Assembly: GCF_036588685.1 (NCBI RefSeq)
Contig: NC_086375.1
Coordinates: 14,074,001-14,138,000 of the forward strand
DNA length: 64,000 nt
Reading direction: 5' to 3'
Source of the DNA: Mytilus trossulus
Lineage: Eukaryota
Shown: piece by piece, positions 13,598 to 25,529 of the stretch
Layout of the letters: the number at the start of each line of letters is the position of its first letter
Position numbering within the stretch: position 1 is the first letter of the stretch
Program-made: the position numbers and the translations under genes
Notes under the pieces: generated by a model
Told to the model about the DNA's origin: nothing
Databases searched by the model: none
What the model saw: only the letters and a program-made list of their open reading frames with translations

Positions 13598-13846
13598 GGC
13601 TCATTATAACAAACGGACAAATATGACTGTATTTACATGCCAACAATTACTCTGAGTACAGGAAAAAAATGTTCATCAAAAACCAAGAAATTTTTTATTT
13701 TTCTTACACACAAAATGCATTTAACTTTTATATATTTAATGGATGCTAGGCATTAAAACTTTCCAAACAGCAAAAGTAAGTCTGTACACAAAGTTGTTTT
13801 TTGAGGTGAAAATACGGCCATATTTGTCCATTTGTAAGGATGAGCC
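13598..13846. mobile_element. MITE with TTAA TSD (Kolobok-like non-autonomous element) in intron 1
   Basis: TTAA|GGCTCATTATACAAACGGACAAATATG ... CATATTTGTCCATTTGTAAGGATGAGCC|TTAA. Confidence 0.75.
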
Positions 13847-14814
13847 TTAAACATCCCAACCTAGAAAGATATAATATAAAATTTCAATTCAAAGGGCTTT
13901 ACTCAATAAAAGACGAAATAACAAAATAACAAGCCATCAAATTGAGAATGGAAATGGTGAATGTGTCGAAGAGACAACAACCCTACCAAATAGCAGAACA
14001 CTGCCGACGACCACCAATGGATCTTGAACACAGCGAAAAAATCCCGCACCCAGAGGCGGAAACGACAGAATAAATTTGATCTAAGACACAATAAAATTAC
14101 TAAATGAAAAAAGGGGTGAGATGTAAAACAATATCAGAGAGACAACCATTACACTGGACAGAAGTGTAAAATAAAATAACGTACATAGATAAATAAGAAT
14201 GATTTTGTTTTACAGTAAATGGATTGTTTTAAGAAAATAAATAATTTTGTTGTTCTAAGTACGGGAACAGAAGTGAAAATGTATCGTCACACCAAACCTT
14301 TATCAAAGGTGGTGTTTATTAAAAATAGTGGGTAGGGACATAACACTAAATAAGTAAAAATTTAGGACGCCTCCGGGTATGGGAATTTCTCGCTACATTG
14401 AAGACCTGTTGTTGACCTTCTGCTGTTGTCTTTTCTATGGTCGGGTTGTTGTCTGTTTTACACATTCCCCATTTCCATTCTCAATGTTATTAAATAACAA
14501 AATTGCATAAAAAATTGTATCAACCGGTCAAATTAAAACGAATGTAGGAAAGTACTCTTTAAGAGTACTCGCAGTTATTGAAAGATAATTAAAAGCAAAA
14601 AACAATTAAGAACAAAAAGTCATGTAGAGACTGAAATTAACCAAAACACTTCATAGGGATTTATTAATTACAATTAATAGAAATGAAGAAAAAGTAACTT
14701 CATATAGGGAAACGAGAAGAAAGTCTACCATCAATGACAAAGCATCGAACTTCTAGTAGGTTTAAACATGTTTGTTAACAACCGTTCTTACCCTACCTAT
14801 CTTGATGTAATTCA

Positions 14815-15025
14815 AGATGATTTCAGCTTTCCAATTGTGAACTCTCCATTTTGAGTAGCAACATTCCAGCAGCACCTGCATACGGGGTATATATTTCCCA
14901 ATTGATACGATATTTCCGTGCTTCCATTTCCTATCATGATTTTCTTGATTGAGGTTGCTGCTCATAAGGAAGCTATCAAACCAAGAGTTCCAAATAGTGA
15001 AGTTGAAATCATTCCTTCGTAAATT
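14815..15025 (+). pseudogene. Penelope-like RT C-terminal fragment
   Basis: Translates with frameshifts to DDFSFPIVN..SNIPAAPAYGVYISQLIRY, the same motif as the remnant at 33700-34775. Confidence 0.6.
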
Positions 15026-15289
15026 CTCAATGTAAAAAGTAAAAAAACAAAAATAATGAACTCCGAGGAAAATTCAAAAAGGAAAATCAAAAATCAAAAG
15101 GCAAAATCAAAAGTCCAAACACATCAATTGATTTATTTTTTCAACTGTCATACAAGTGATACGATTGGATAGCTTCAAAACCAAGTTTAATTCACCATTT
15201 TTGATACGAAAGGGAGGAAGGAATATGACAGTTGTTTTCCAGTTTCTTAAACTTATGAAATGAGATTTAGTGTCAGATTTATTTTCCAG

Positions 15290-15519
15290 ATGTTCCAGAC
15301 TCTAAAACATTTGATGTGACTTTAATGACGTCATTGCTGAGGAATTTGACTCCAATGAATCCTCCCCGTTGTGGATTTGACAGGTTACCTTCTGACTTAG
15401 ACACCACACCAGCTGCAGATTTAGCCAGAATAAAATATTACAGGAATTACCTAGCTCATTTGGAGAATGGCAAGATAGACACTTCTGTCTTCAATACAAC
15501 GTGGACTGATATGACTGGT
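15290..15519 (+). CDS. NLR-like gene coding exon 2 (HEPN core with RxxxxH motif)
   Basis: Acceptor attttccag|. Reads (D)VPDSKTFDVTLMTSLLRNL...DLARIKYYRNYLAH...WTDMTG, with RNYLAH at 15442-15459. Donor gtatgt at 15520, phase 0. Confidence 0.9.
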
Positions 15520-16600
15520 GTATGTATATATCAATATCATTTTAACTGTTTAAGTGAGAGGGTTAGCGCTATAGAACCAGGTTTAATCCACCATTTTCTA
15601 CATTTGAAAATGCCTGTACCAAGTCAGGAATATGACAGTTCTTGTCCATTCGTTTTTGATGCGTTTTGTTTTTTGATTTTGCCATGTGATTATGGACTTT
15701 CGAAATTGATTTTCCTCTGAGTTCGGTATTTTTGTGATTTTACTTTTTCCTTGTGACTACATCTTCTCCGTACCAGTAAAAGATCGCGACAAATTTTATC
15801 TTAAAAAATTGCTCGTTATCTCCTTCGCATGATTTGTCCTATTCTGACAGAAGCAATATCAACACTCCATATGAGAGCTATTTTCCCTTATGCATGTGAT
15901 ATACGTGATAAGCATTTCTATTTTGTAAACCATAAGTGATAGAGACCGAGGATCTTCTGATTGAAGTTCGTGGTCCAAAATAAGAAAATTAGGTCATAAA
16001 TAAAATTTTCGTTTTGACTCAATGAAAAACTGTATAAGATATCGACAGCATAGTTTTACAAAATTGTCAGTTGCGACATGTCGTAACGAGTGAATTTTGG
16101 TTTGACAGGGTACGCTCACATCAAATTGGAGTTTTCTCCCCTCTCATATTGAAAGTTAGTCATAAAGTGATATACCACACTAACCATATATGATTAAGAC
16201 CTATGGTCTTTTGATTTGAAGCCCTTGGTTTATTACCTTGAAATTGAACCCTAGGTCATAGGTTAAATTGACTTCTAAATTTTGACCTTGCTTTTACATA
16301 ATATGTAATAACGATAAAGCCATGTGACTGTTTGCACTACGTTGCAAGACACTTGACCATGGAAAAGCCAACCAGAATTGGAAACCGGAAGTAGATATTT
16401 TTTGTACTTATTTAATGTAAAAGTATTTTGAAAAATATAATTTTAGAATCAGTATCAAGTAAACTATGAAAAAAACCCGGAAGTGACATATTTCAAACTG
16501 GAAGAAAAAATATATCTCCTTTATTTTGAAAAAAATGTATAGAAACAATATATTTTTGGAATCTAGGTACAATCAGCTATCATTTGACGCTGGATATGAT

Positions 16601-16772
16601 TATCTTAGGGTGGTATAATCAGACTTTTTAGGCACAATAAGAAATACTAGTTGTTTCTAGTTGTAATGATTCTAAACTCCATTTGCATACAAATCACAAC
16701 GTCATAAGTAGCATGACGTTACAATACATACATAGCGGTACCGCGAACGTCTAATGAACACAGTCCTGAACA
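16601..16772 (-). repeat. 3' LTR of the BEL/Pao element
   Basis: Minus strand reads TGTTCAGG...TAAGATA; 6 mismatches against 22334-22505. Confidence 0.92.
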
Positions 16773-16989
16773 TTCTGGGGGCCCGCGAATGATAATTTAA
16801 GCAATAAATAAAGAGAAAATATTAAAATGAAATAACTATTGTCTCTCAATTGAAATAAACTTTAACTATTTACACTTAAACAGTCTTTATGCTTTACGGA
16901 ACGGTTGAATCCAACTTTTGATTTTCTCCTTGGCATCAGTTTTTGCTTTTCTGGTTGAAGTAATAGTATTGTCACTAGAATCACACGGA

Positions 16990-19900
16990 CTATCTGTATA
17001 GCTTACTTATTGGTCTAGACGTCGTGCCTTTTTTAGTGCGTAAAATGGCAGACCTACAAAGTCCATCTCTCCCATAAACTAACTTAACGATACTCGCTAT
17101 ATTCCACACTGTCCTTGGGGTATCATCATGAATCTGTACAATGTCGCCCACTTTAATGATTTGAGTGTTAATTCCGTTGTTTCTATGTTGTTCCCTAAGT
17201 GAAGTGAGACATTCTCGTCGCCATCTGTTCCAAAAGTCGTGAATAATGCGTTTTTGAACACTAGATTGTCTATTTGCTGTGTAATGTGTTAAGTTTTGTA
17301 CGTTCTTCTCACTGTTGAAATTAATTGTTCCTGAATACGGCAAAGGTTTAATCCGTCTTCCATAGAGAAGATGAGACGGTGTAAGCGGTTCATCATCGGT
17401 AAGGTCCGTTGATACGTGGGTTAAAGGACGATCATTTAAAATAGCCTCTATCTCGGTCACAATTGTCTCTAGCACTCTAAAAGTAACGCGTGCTCGTCCT
17501 AACACTTTCTTTATGCAATTCTTGGTCAAGCCGATCAATCGTTCCCACCAACCACCATACCATGGTGCACGCTTCGGAATAAATTTCCACTGAGTTCCAT
17601 ATATGTTGAGCTGTTCCTGAATAGAAGTAGATTTTGTAAGCATTTCAATATCCTTCGCTGTTGCGGTATATGTTGTACAATTGTCAGACATCATGATTTT
17701 TGGTAACGATTTGCGGCTGGTGAATCTCCTAAACGCTAGAATGAATGTTTGTTCAGTAAGGTCTTCAACGATTTCCAAATGCACAGCTCTAGTTTTAGCG
17801 CAGGTGAATAGACAAATATATGCTTTACTTATACTGTTGCTTTTTGTTCTCACATTCAATGATCCTGTGAAGTCGACACCGGTTACGGTAAACGGTGGTG
17901 AATCATTAAGTCTGTCGGACGGTAGTAGTGGTGGGTCGGGTGTATGATATGGTCTTCCGGTAATTTTACGGGAAGTAACGCAATTACGGAGTATTGATTT
18001 CACACATTGTCGAATCAATGGGATCCAGTAAGACTGGCGAATAAATGTCACTGTACTTTCTAATCCAGAATGAAAACTCCTTGCGTGTGCATCCATCACA
18101 ATTAATAAACAAAGTCTGTCTTTGTTTGGTATTAGTACTGGAAATTTAGCTGATTCATCAATAGGTGCATTGTTAATTCTCCCGCCACAGCGGATAATGT
18201 TGAATTTATCCATGTACAATCTAAGTTGCTTCACTAGCGCATTTTTCTCTGATTTGTTGTTTAAACTCCCAATAACATCCGGGTATTTACGCAGTTGCGA
18301 ATCTCGGATCCATGAAGTCGAAGCAGTCTATATTTCATTGACACTAAGATTTCCTGTTAGTTTGTCATTATTTCTACAGTTGTTAATGAATCGGTACATG
18401 TATGCTGTTATACGCAAAAGTTTTTGGTATGAGCTGTAGCGTTGTATATCCATAATTTTACTTATTCCTTCATAAGATCTGATTTCCTGTTGCGGTTCAC
18501 TAGTTGATTGTCCTTGCTCAATTGTAGTGCTAAGAATGTGTGATTCTTTTTTCTTCCACTGTGGCCAGTTTGATTTGTCAGTGAGCCATTCGGGTCCCTT
18601 CATCCAAAGATCCAATTCTAAGAATTTGGTTGCAGTTAGTCCTCTCGATAGCATATCTGCCGGATTTGAATATGTCGGACAGTACTTCCATGTGTATTCT
18701 TGAGTTATTTCGTTAATTTCCTTCACTCGATTACTAACGAAAACGGGTAATTGTTTCTCAGTAGTAAGCCAACTTAAAGTTATCTGACTGTCACTCCATA
18801 ATGTGACGCTGGTAACATCCAAGTGTGATTTCAAATGCTTGACGAGTCTTGCGCCTATCAAAGCTGCACTGAGTTCTAACTTCGGGATTGTTAACTGTTT
18901 CAGAGGTGTCACGCGATTCTTTGACATGATAAGTACGGTTTCTTTTCCACTGACTAAATATGCGCATGCTCCATAGGCTTTCAAGCTTGCATCCGTAAAA
19001 ACATGTAATTCTACATTGTCTGATTTTTCTTTGAAATACGGTCTATTAATTTCCAAATGTGAACATTCATGAATATCTCGTAATACACACTTCCATTCTG
19101 TTGTAATTTCAGATGTAAGAGGTTCATCCCAATTTAATCCTTTCTCTCACAAAGTCTGCATAAGCATCTTACTACGCACAGTAACTGGACCAATAAGTCC
19201 GAGTGGATCATAGATTTTCGACGATTGTCTTAAAATCTCTCGTTTTATCATACGTGTATCTTCAATATCGGTGTATTCCGGTTTGGCGAAAGTGAGTGTG
19301 TCGTTACAAGTGTTCCATCTCAATCCAAGAACTTTTATGAGTTCATCTTTGTCTAATACGTCGTGTGAATTTGCGCGGTCTCGCAAAAGTTGAGAATTTG
19401 ACGCCCATGAGCGCAAGTTAAATCCTGCTCTAGTGAATAAGTCTCTTGATGCATCAAAATATTTCAGTAATGCACTCTCTGTAGGAAAACTCGAGAGTAT
19501 ATTATCAACATACAAATCGTTCTTTAAAGTGTCAGTAAATTCACAACGGTTCTCTCTCAAGTGTTTTTGTAGAACGGAATTCAGTATGAATGGCGATGAA
19601 GTGGCGCCAAATAATACTGACTTAAATCGGTAAGTTGATAGTGGAGTTGATGGGTCTGTTGGTGTATCGAACCAAAAGAAACGTGTGACATCTCTATCCT
19701 GTGTCTCTAGTCCCACGTTCAAGAACGCCTTCTCTATATCAGTAGTAACGGCAAATTGGTGTTAACGAAATCTTAAAAGAATGCCGACTAAGATATTTAA
19801 ATTGGGTGGAGTAGTCATCAGACAATCATTAAGACTAGACGATTCTGGTGTTGCTTTACAACAGCAGTCGAATACGACCCTGATTGGTGTTGTAGTTGAA

Positions 19901-22316
19901 TCTTTTCTCACAGCATGATGCGGAATATAGTGTATTTTGCTCTTTTCATCGGCCTCATTAGTAATATCCACTTTCTCTATGAAGCCCCTTTTCTCCTGCT
20001 CAGCCATTATTTTTCCAGTAGTTTTGGGTTCTTTGCTAAGTCTTCTTACTACACTTTCCGTCCTTCGTTGTGCAATGGTTTTATTTGTCGGTAACGTAGG
20101 GTGATCCTCTTTCCATGGTAACGTTACAAAATATCTGTTGTCATGGTAACGAATTTGTTTCTCTTCATAAGTCTTTTGAATATCCATCTGTTCTTCTAAC
20201 TTTGTGGTGTCAATTTTCTCGGTAGCCAGTGACTTTATTTTCCAAAATTTCTCCAAGTCGTACTCATCGGTTTTTGTTGCGATCATCACGTTCATCATTG
20301 AAGCTCTTTGTATCCATGCATCTGTGTCAGAGTTGTGTGAATGTAGCGTTCCAGACAACAGGTATCCGATTTTTGATTGAACAGCTGTCGGTCCTTCGCC
20401 TCGGATAATATCATTCTGAACAATTGACCAGAAGTAATCAGCTCCAATTAGAATAGAAATTTTAAAGTTTTCATCTGCTGTTACTGGGTGAGCTAATTTG
20501 ATTCCTGACAAATATGTAAGTTTTGCTGCTTGGCGTACATAGGTTCTCATCGGTGCTGCGATCTCTGGAACGATCAAGACTCGAATCGGCAGTTTACCTT
20601 CTGTAGTTATGAGATATACCAATCCTGTTCTCAAATGGCGAATTTTAGTACTATTTGCATTGTCTCCAAATCCGGATGGGTTAACGCTTTCAGTTCCAGT
20701 ATGTTTGAGTTTCAATTTCTCGGCTAATTCCTCTGTGATAAATGAGCGCTGTGCGCCTTCGTCAAACAATATTTTTGCATCAAGTATTTTATGTTCTGCA
20801 CTTACTGGGTTAATTGCTGTCTTCAAAAGTACACGATCTAGTGATTGCGATTGTAAGATAGTGTCTGGTTCCTCCGCGTTGTGTTGAATTGTGCCTACGG
20901 TTATATCCCCTGTTGGTTTGTTGTCTTCATTTGTTTTAACATTGTCTTTGCAAATGCTGGTGTGATGACGTTTGTGACACTTGTTGCAAGTTTTAGTAGA
21001 TTTACATGCGGATAAGCTATGGTGTCCTAGACAGTAAAAGCATAATCGATCTTTTTTCACGATTGACATCCGGCCATTGTAATCAGATACTTTAGTGCAA
21101 TTAACAGACGAGTGTGGCTCCTTATAGTACGCACAGAGTGGCTTTGGTTTAGTGTTACTTGCGTTTGTATTCTTGTTACCTCTATTTCGATTACTATAAT
21201 TTGTATTTGTCAGAAAGGCGGCGGTAGCTGTAGGGGGTTCTAACTGTTCTGAAGTTTTGCCTGCATCCATAATATAAAGTTCATCGAAAATTCCACGACG
21301 TAATTCATTCAGTTGTAAATCTGTAGATCTTTATTGTCTGGCAAGATTTCTGCGGATTTCACCGGGTAGTTTGTTCATAATGATGGGCACTAAAAATGCT
21401 CCGTATGTGTCTTCACTTTGACCTAATGACTCCAAACCTCTAATGTGTATCTCAATTTCATCGTAGTAGTTTTTCATGCTTGATATCGTGTATTTAGGGG
21501 CTGGTATATCAACTAGTGCTTGCATATACTTCTGTGTTATAACATGCGATTGTCCATATCTTTCTTGCAGTAAAGAAATAGCGTTCTCATAATTTGCATG
21601 TGTAAGCGCAAACCCTGTGACGGTTTTCAATGCCTCATCATGGAGTAGCGACTTCAAATAATTAAATTTCTGAACGTTTCCAAGAGTAGTGTTTTCGTGA
21701 ACGGATATCTCGTATGAATCCCAAAATGACTGCCACTGCATAATATTATCATCAAAGGTAGGAAGATTCAATTTGGCAACTTGTTGTACTCATTTAATCT
21801 AGTGTTACTACGTGAAAACTGAGTTTCCGGTTCACGGAAGTTTGAATTACATGTATTCTGTTTATTGTATCTCTCGGGTTGAGCATAACTTTGTTGATCA
21901 TGAACGGGCTGATCATGAACGGGCTGATCATGAGCGGGCTGAGCAGAGGCGGGCTGAGCAGAGGCGGAATGTGAAGGGCCGCTATAACTGACGAAATATT
22001 TTGCATTTGTACTAAGTGTGGATGTATTGACAAGAATGAGCTTTTGTATTGCGTTATTTTTCCATCTAATGTGTAAGCATACTCATCTGAATCGACGATC
22101 TCGGCTTCTACTTCTCCTTCATCAAGATTTTCTAGAATGTCCTCATTTAGTTTTTGTAGTGTCTCTTGTTTCTTCAACAGATTGTTCACAATTTTAGTTA
22201 ACTCTTCAGTGTTCACGGGCTCATCTCCGTCGTCTCGGATGTCCTCAAATTTCTTCAAAAGTCGGGAAAAAAACGCTTCTGTGTCCTGCACGTATCGAAC
22301 GTAGTTTGGAACTCAT
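16990..22316 (-). pseudogene. BEL/Pao gag-pol polyprotein, disrupted
   Basis: ORFs 21331-21771, 19762-21270, 19147-19722, 18328-19056 and 16990-18234 share one frame and are separated by single in-frame stops. Gag is frameshifted (A7 run at 22267-22273 and again near 21772). Likely start is MSSKLRSIRAGHRS at 22316. Confidence 0.9.
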
Positions 22317-22332
22317 CCTGGTCACGGCACCA
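22315..22332 (-). promoter_or_regulatory. Primer binding site complementary to the tRNA-His 3' end
   Basis: Minus strand TGGTGCCGTGACCAGGAT, 1 nt from the 5' LTR; matches the tRNA-His end ...ATCCTGGTCACGGCA-CCA (recalled sequence). Confidence 0.85.
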
Positions 22333-22333
22333 A

Positions 22334-22505
22334 TATCTTAGAGTGGTATAATCAGACTTTTTAGGCACAATAAGAAATACTAGTTGTTTCTACTTGTAAT
22401 GATTCTAAACTCCATTTGCACATAAATCACAACGGCATAAGTAGCATGACGTTACAATACATACATAGCGGTACCGCGAACGTTTAATGAACACAGTCCT
22501 GAACA
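22334..22505 (-). repeat. 5' LTR of the BEL/Pao element
   Basis: Direct repeat of 16601-16772, adjacent to the PBS. Confidence 0.92.
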
Positions 22506-22779
22506 ATGATATTTCAAACTGAATTTTCATAGTTCTATATCAAAATTGATCTTTATGGGTGGAAAGCGAACAACTGATTTTTGATTGTTATTTCTTGTTA
22601 ATAATTAGACTGTTATGTTTTGTCATGATGTGGCCTTCTAAAGCTAAGTATATGGTTTAGAGTTTTGTTCATTGTTGCAAGCTGTATTGTTACCAATAGT
22701 TGCTTACGTACACACCTCATTTGTTCTCTATTGGATAGTTGTCGAAAATTTATTTCATTTAAAAATTTATAACATACAA

Positions 22780-23630
22780 TAGTTATCAAAGGTACCAGGA
22801 TTATAATTTAGTACGCCAGACGCGCGTTTCGTCTACATAAGACTCATCAGTGACGCTCATATCAAAATATTTATAAAGCCAAACAAGTGAAAAGTTGAAG
22901 AGCATTGAGGATCCAAAATTCCCCAAAATTGTGCCAAATACAGCTAAGGTTTTCTATGTCTGGAATAAGAAAATCCTTAGTTTTTCGAAAAATTCAAAGT
23001 TTTGTAAACAGGAAATTTATAAAAATGACCACATTATTGATATTCATGTCAACACCGAAGTGTTGACTACTGGGCTGGTGATACCCTCGGGGACGAAACG
23101 TCCACCAGCAGTGGCATCGACCCAGTGGTGTAAATAGTTATCAAAGGTACCAGGATTATAATTTAGTACGCCAGACGCGCGTTTCGTCTACATAAGACTC
23201 ATCAGTGACGCTCATATCAAAATATTTATAAAGCCAAACAAGTGAAAAGTCGAAGAGCATTGAGGATCCAAAATTCCAAAAATATTGTGCCAAATACAGC
23301 TAAGGTTTTCTATGCCTGGAATAAGAAAATCCTTAGTTTTTCGAAAAAATCAAAGTTTTGTAAACAGGAAATTTATAAAAATGACCACATTATTGATATT
23401 CATGTCAACACCGAAGTGTTAACTACTGGGCTGGTGATACCCTCGGGGACGAAACGTCAACCAGCAGTGGCATCGACCCAGTGGTGTAAATAGTTATCAA
23501 AGGTACCAGGATTATAATTTAGTACGCCAGACGCGCGTTTCGTCTACATAAGACTCATCAGTGACGCTCATATCAAAATATTTATAAAGCCAAACAAGTG
23601 AAAAGTTGAAGAAGAGCATTGAGGATCCAA
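22780..23630 (-). mobile_element. Tandem retrozyme array (~2.4 x 355 bp) with three intact hammerheads on the minus strand (22813-22856, 23168-23211, 23524-23567)
   Basis: agttatcaaaggtacc at 22781, 23136 and 23492. Each unit has acgccagacgcgcgtttcgtctacataagactcatcagtgacgc, the reverse complement of a type I hammerhead. Confidence 0.88.
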
Positions 23631-24002
23631 CGTGCGTCTGTCGTACTAAATTATAATCCTGGTACCTTTGATAACTATTTACACCACTGGGTCGATGTCA
23701 TTGCTGGTAGACGTTTCGTCCCCGATGGTATCACCAGCCCAGTAGTCAACACTTCGGTGTTGACATAAATATCAATAATGTAGTCATTTTATACAAGCTA
23801 AGGATTTTCTTATCCCAGGAATATATTACCTTAGCCGTATATGGCACATCTTTTTGGAACTTTGGATCATCAATGCTCTCCAACTATTTACTTTTTTGGC
23901 GTAATACGTATTTTGATATGAGCGTCACTGATGAGTCAAATGTAGACGAAACGCGCGTCTGGCGTACTAAATTAGAATCCTTATAGGTACCTTTGATAAC
24001 TA
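23631..24002 (+). mobile_element. Inverted retrozyme copy (internally deleted) joined head-to-head to the array
   Basis: Reverse complement of the preceding units; ends ggtacctttgataacta at 24002. Confidence 0.85.
23922..23965 (+). ncRNA. Type I hammerhead ribozyme, sense to the host pre-mRNA
   Basis: GCGUCA-CUGAUGA-GUC/AAAUGUA/GAC-GAAA-CGCGCG-UC^UGGCGU; predicted cut after 23959. Confidence 0.8.
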
Positions 24003-24018
24003 TAATCATATGTTACAG

Positions 24019-24334
24019 GCCATTGCAAGATTGGGTGGACAGCAAATGAAGCAGGAGTGTGACCATTTGAAGACCAAACCTCTAGATCAAACCAACACAG
24101 AAATAATGATAGAAGTCAAACGATCTAATGATGAAATCAAGGAACTTAAGGAATCGTTAAGAAGTCTGAAGTGCTCACATATTGACATGAGAAAATCTCA
24201 TGAACTACTACATGAAAACCACGAAAAGGTAAAGAAATCACATGAAAGGTTACAGGAAGACCATGCAAATATAACAAGAGAAATGGAAACATTGAAAACC
24301 TCTCAGCAGGATACAGTACCATGGAATATTAGAG
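24019..24334 (+). CDS. NLR-like gene coding exon 3 (end of HEPN plus coiled coil)
   Basis: Acceptor tgttacag|GCC. AIARLGG continues WTDMTG in phase 0, followed by a heptad-rich segment. Donor G|gtaaat at 24335, phase 1. Confidence 0.87.
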
Positions 24335-25529
24335 GTAAATAGTTCACGTACTCAGTTATTTTGAAGAATCAGATTACATTGAATTCGGAATGGTAAACAG
24401 TTGTTAAGGATCATAATTTGTACTTTGAAATGTTAGTGGTTGAAATTCTGAAGGCCTCGGTGATTGTCAAGGAGACAACTCTTCACAAGAGACCAAATGA
24501 CACAGATATGAACTAAAGTTCACCATGTTTTGTTAAGGGAGCTAATTGATAATTCCTTAAAATGTTTAATGTCTAAACTTTATGGTGTACAGAGTATTTT
24601 GAAAGTTTTAGATTGATATTTGGAGGACAGATAAAAACCGTGAAATTTTGAATTAACTCCGAGAGAATAAGCCTCTACCTTTAAAAAGGTTTAAATTTGA
24701 GTTTAAGTTTTGACCTTAGAATGAGGAAGGTAAACACTTGGAAGTTACATGCTACTTATGTATATTTTTTCAACTAAATTACTTGTTGTTTTCATGGAGA
24801 TTATATGGCTTGCCCTCTCATTATCATTTAGTGACAGAAACTTTTGCAAAGCTAACAAAGTGAGAAAAAAGTGATTTTGTCAGTTTAAAAGTGTTTGCTG
24901 TGTTTATTCTTGCGTTGCTTATTACTATGAAGATTATTAGGCTCTTCACCTTATAATCATTATCTGTTAATGATTTTATCATTCTTACAATATTGAATGT
25001 CAAAATAACATCATATCAAAAAATATCTCCGTGCCAACAGTTTATTTTGCTTTGTACGAATCTGTTAATATTGTCTCGATTAATAAGAGGCATAAGAGCA
25101 CACACAAATGTTAAACCTGCTTTATTCTATTAGTGCCAGGTCAGAGTCAGTAGCCTGCAATACAGGGGTTTGACTTAATGGATTGCTGTATCATTGTAAA
25201 TTTAACCTTTTCCCTATTTGATATATAAAGAAACAGTGTTATTTTCAACTTAAAGCTCCAAACTCCTGTGTGATTACCTACGTAACCTTTTATTGCAACC
25301 AAATATTTTACTAGTTATTAGTTTCTGTATTTTATTTGATGGAAACATGTACTCAGATAATTGTATGGTCATTCATTGTAAGATGTAAGGTTTTCTTTAC
25401 ATAATGTCCCATGTGTTGGCAAATTTTTTTCACTCCAGTTTTGGAATTAAATTACTAAGGTTTTATAAAAAAAAAATGAGGTGATGTGACATAATTGATA
25501 TATTAACAAGATCAATATAATGAATCTTA

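Larger units (their letters stand above)
16601..22505 (-). mobile_element. BEL/Pao LTR retrotransposon, full length, decayed, antisense in intron 2
   Basis: 172-bp LTRs, 5-bp TSD ATGAT (16596-16600, 22506-22510), tRNA-His PBS. Domain order is gag (LPTFD..WQSFWD, three Cys/His knuckles), protease (LFDEGAQRSFI), RT (YVDN), RNase H (LHVFTDAS), integrase (GVDFTG, SDN, GGWWERL). Confidence 0.95.

Noticed and set aside
15520-15720. C-terminal part of ORF 15316-15720
   Set aside because: Read-through past the splice donor into a dispersed repeat.
17681-20887. Plus-strand ORFs within the BEL element
   Set aside because: Antisense shadows of the pol reading frame.
22315-22332. tRNA-His gene
   Set aside because: Only the 18-nt 3' end including CCA is present; it is the retrotransposon PBS.
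22895-23493. Repeated 80-83-aa ORFs (MKSIEDPKFPK...), also at 3458-3700
   Set aside because: They lie antisense within retrozyme units, use non-ATG starts and are frameshifted between copies; not a protein family.
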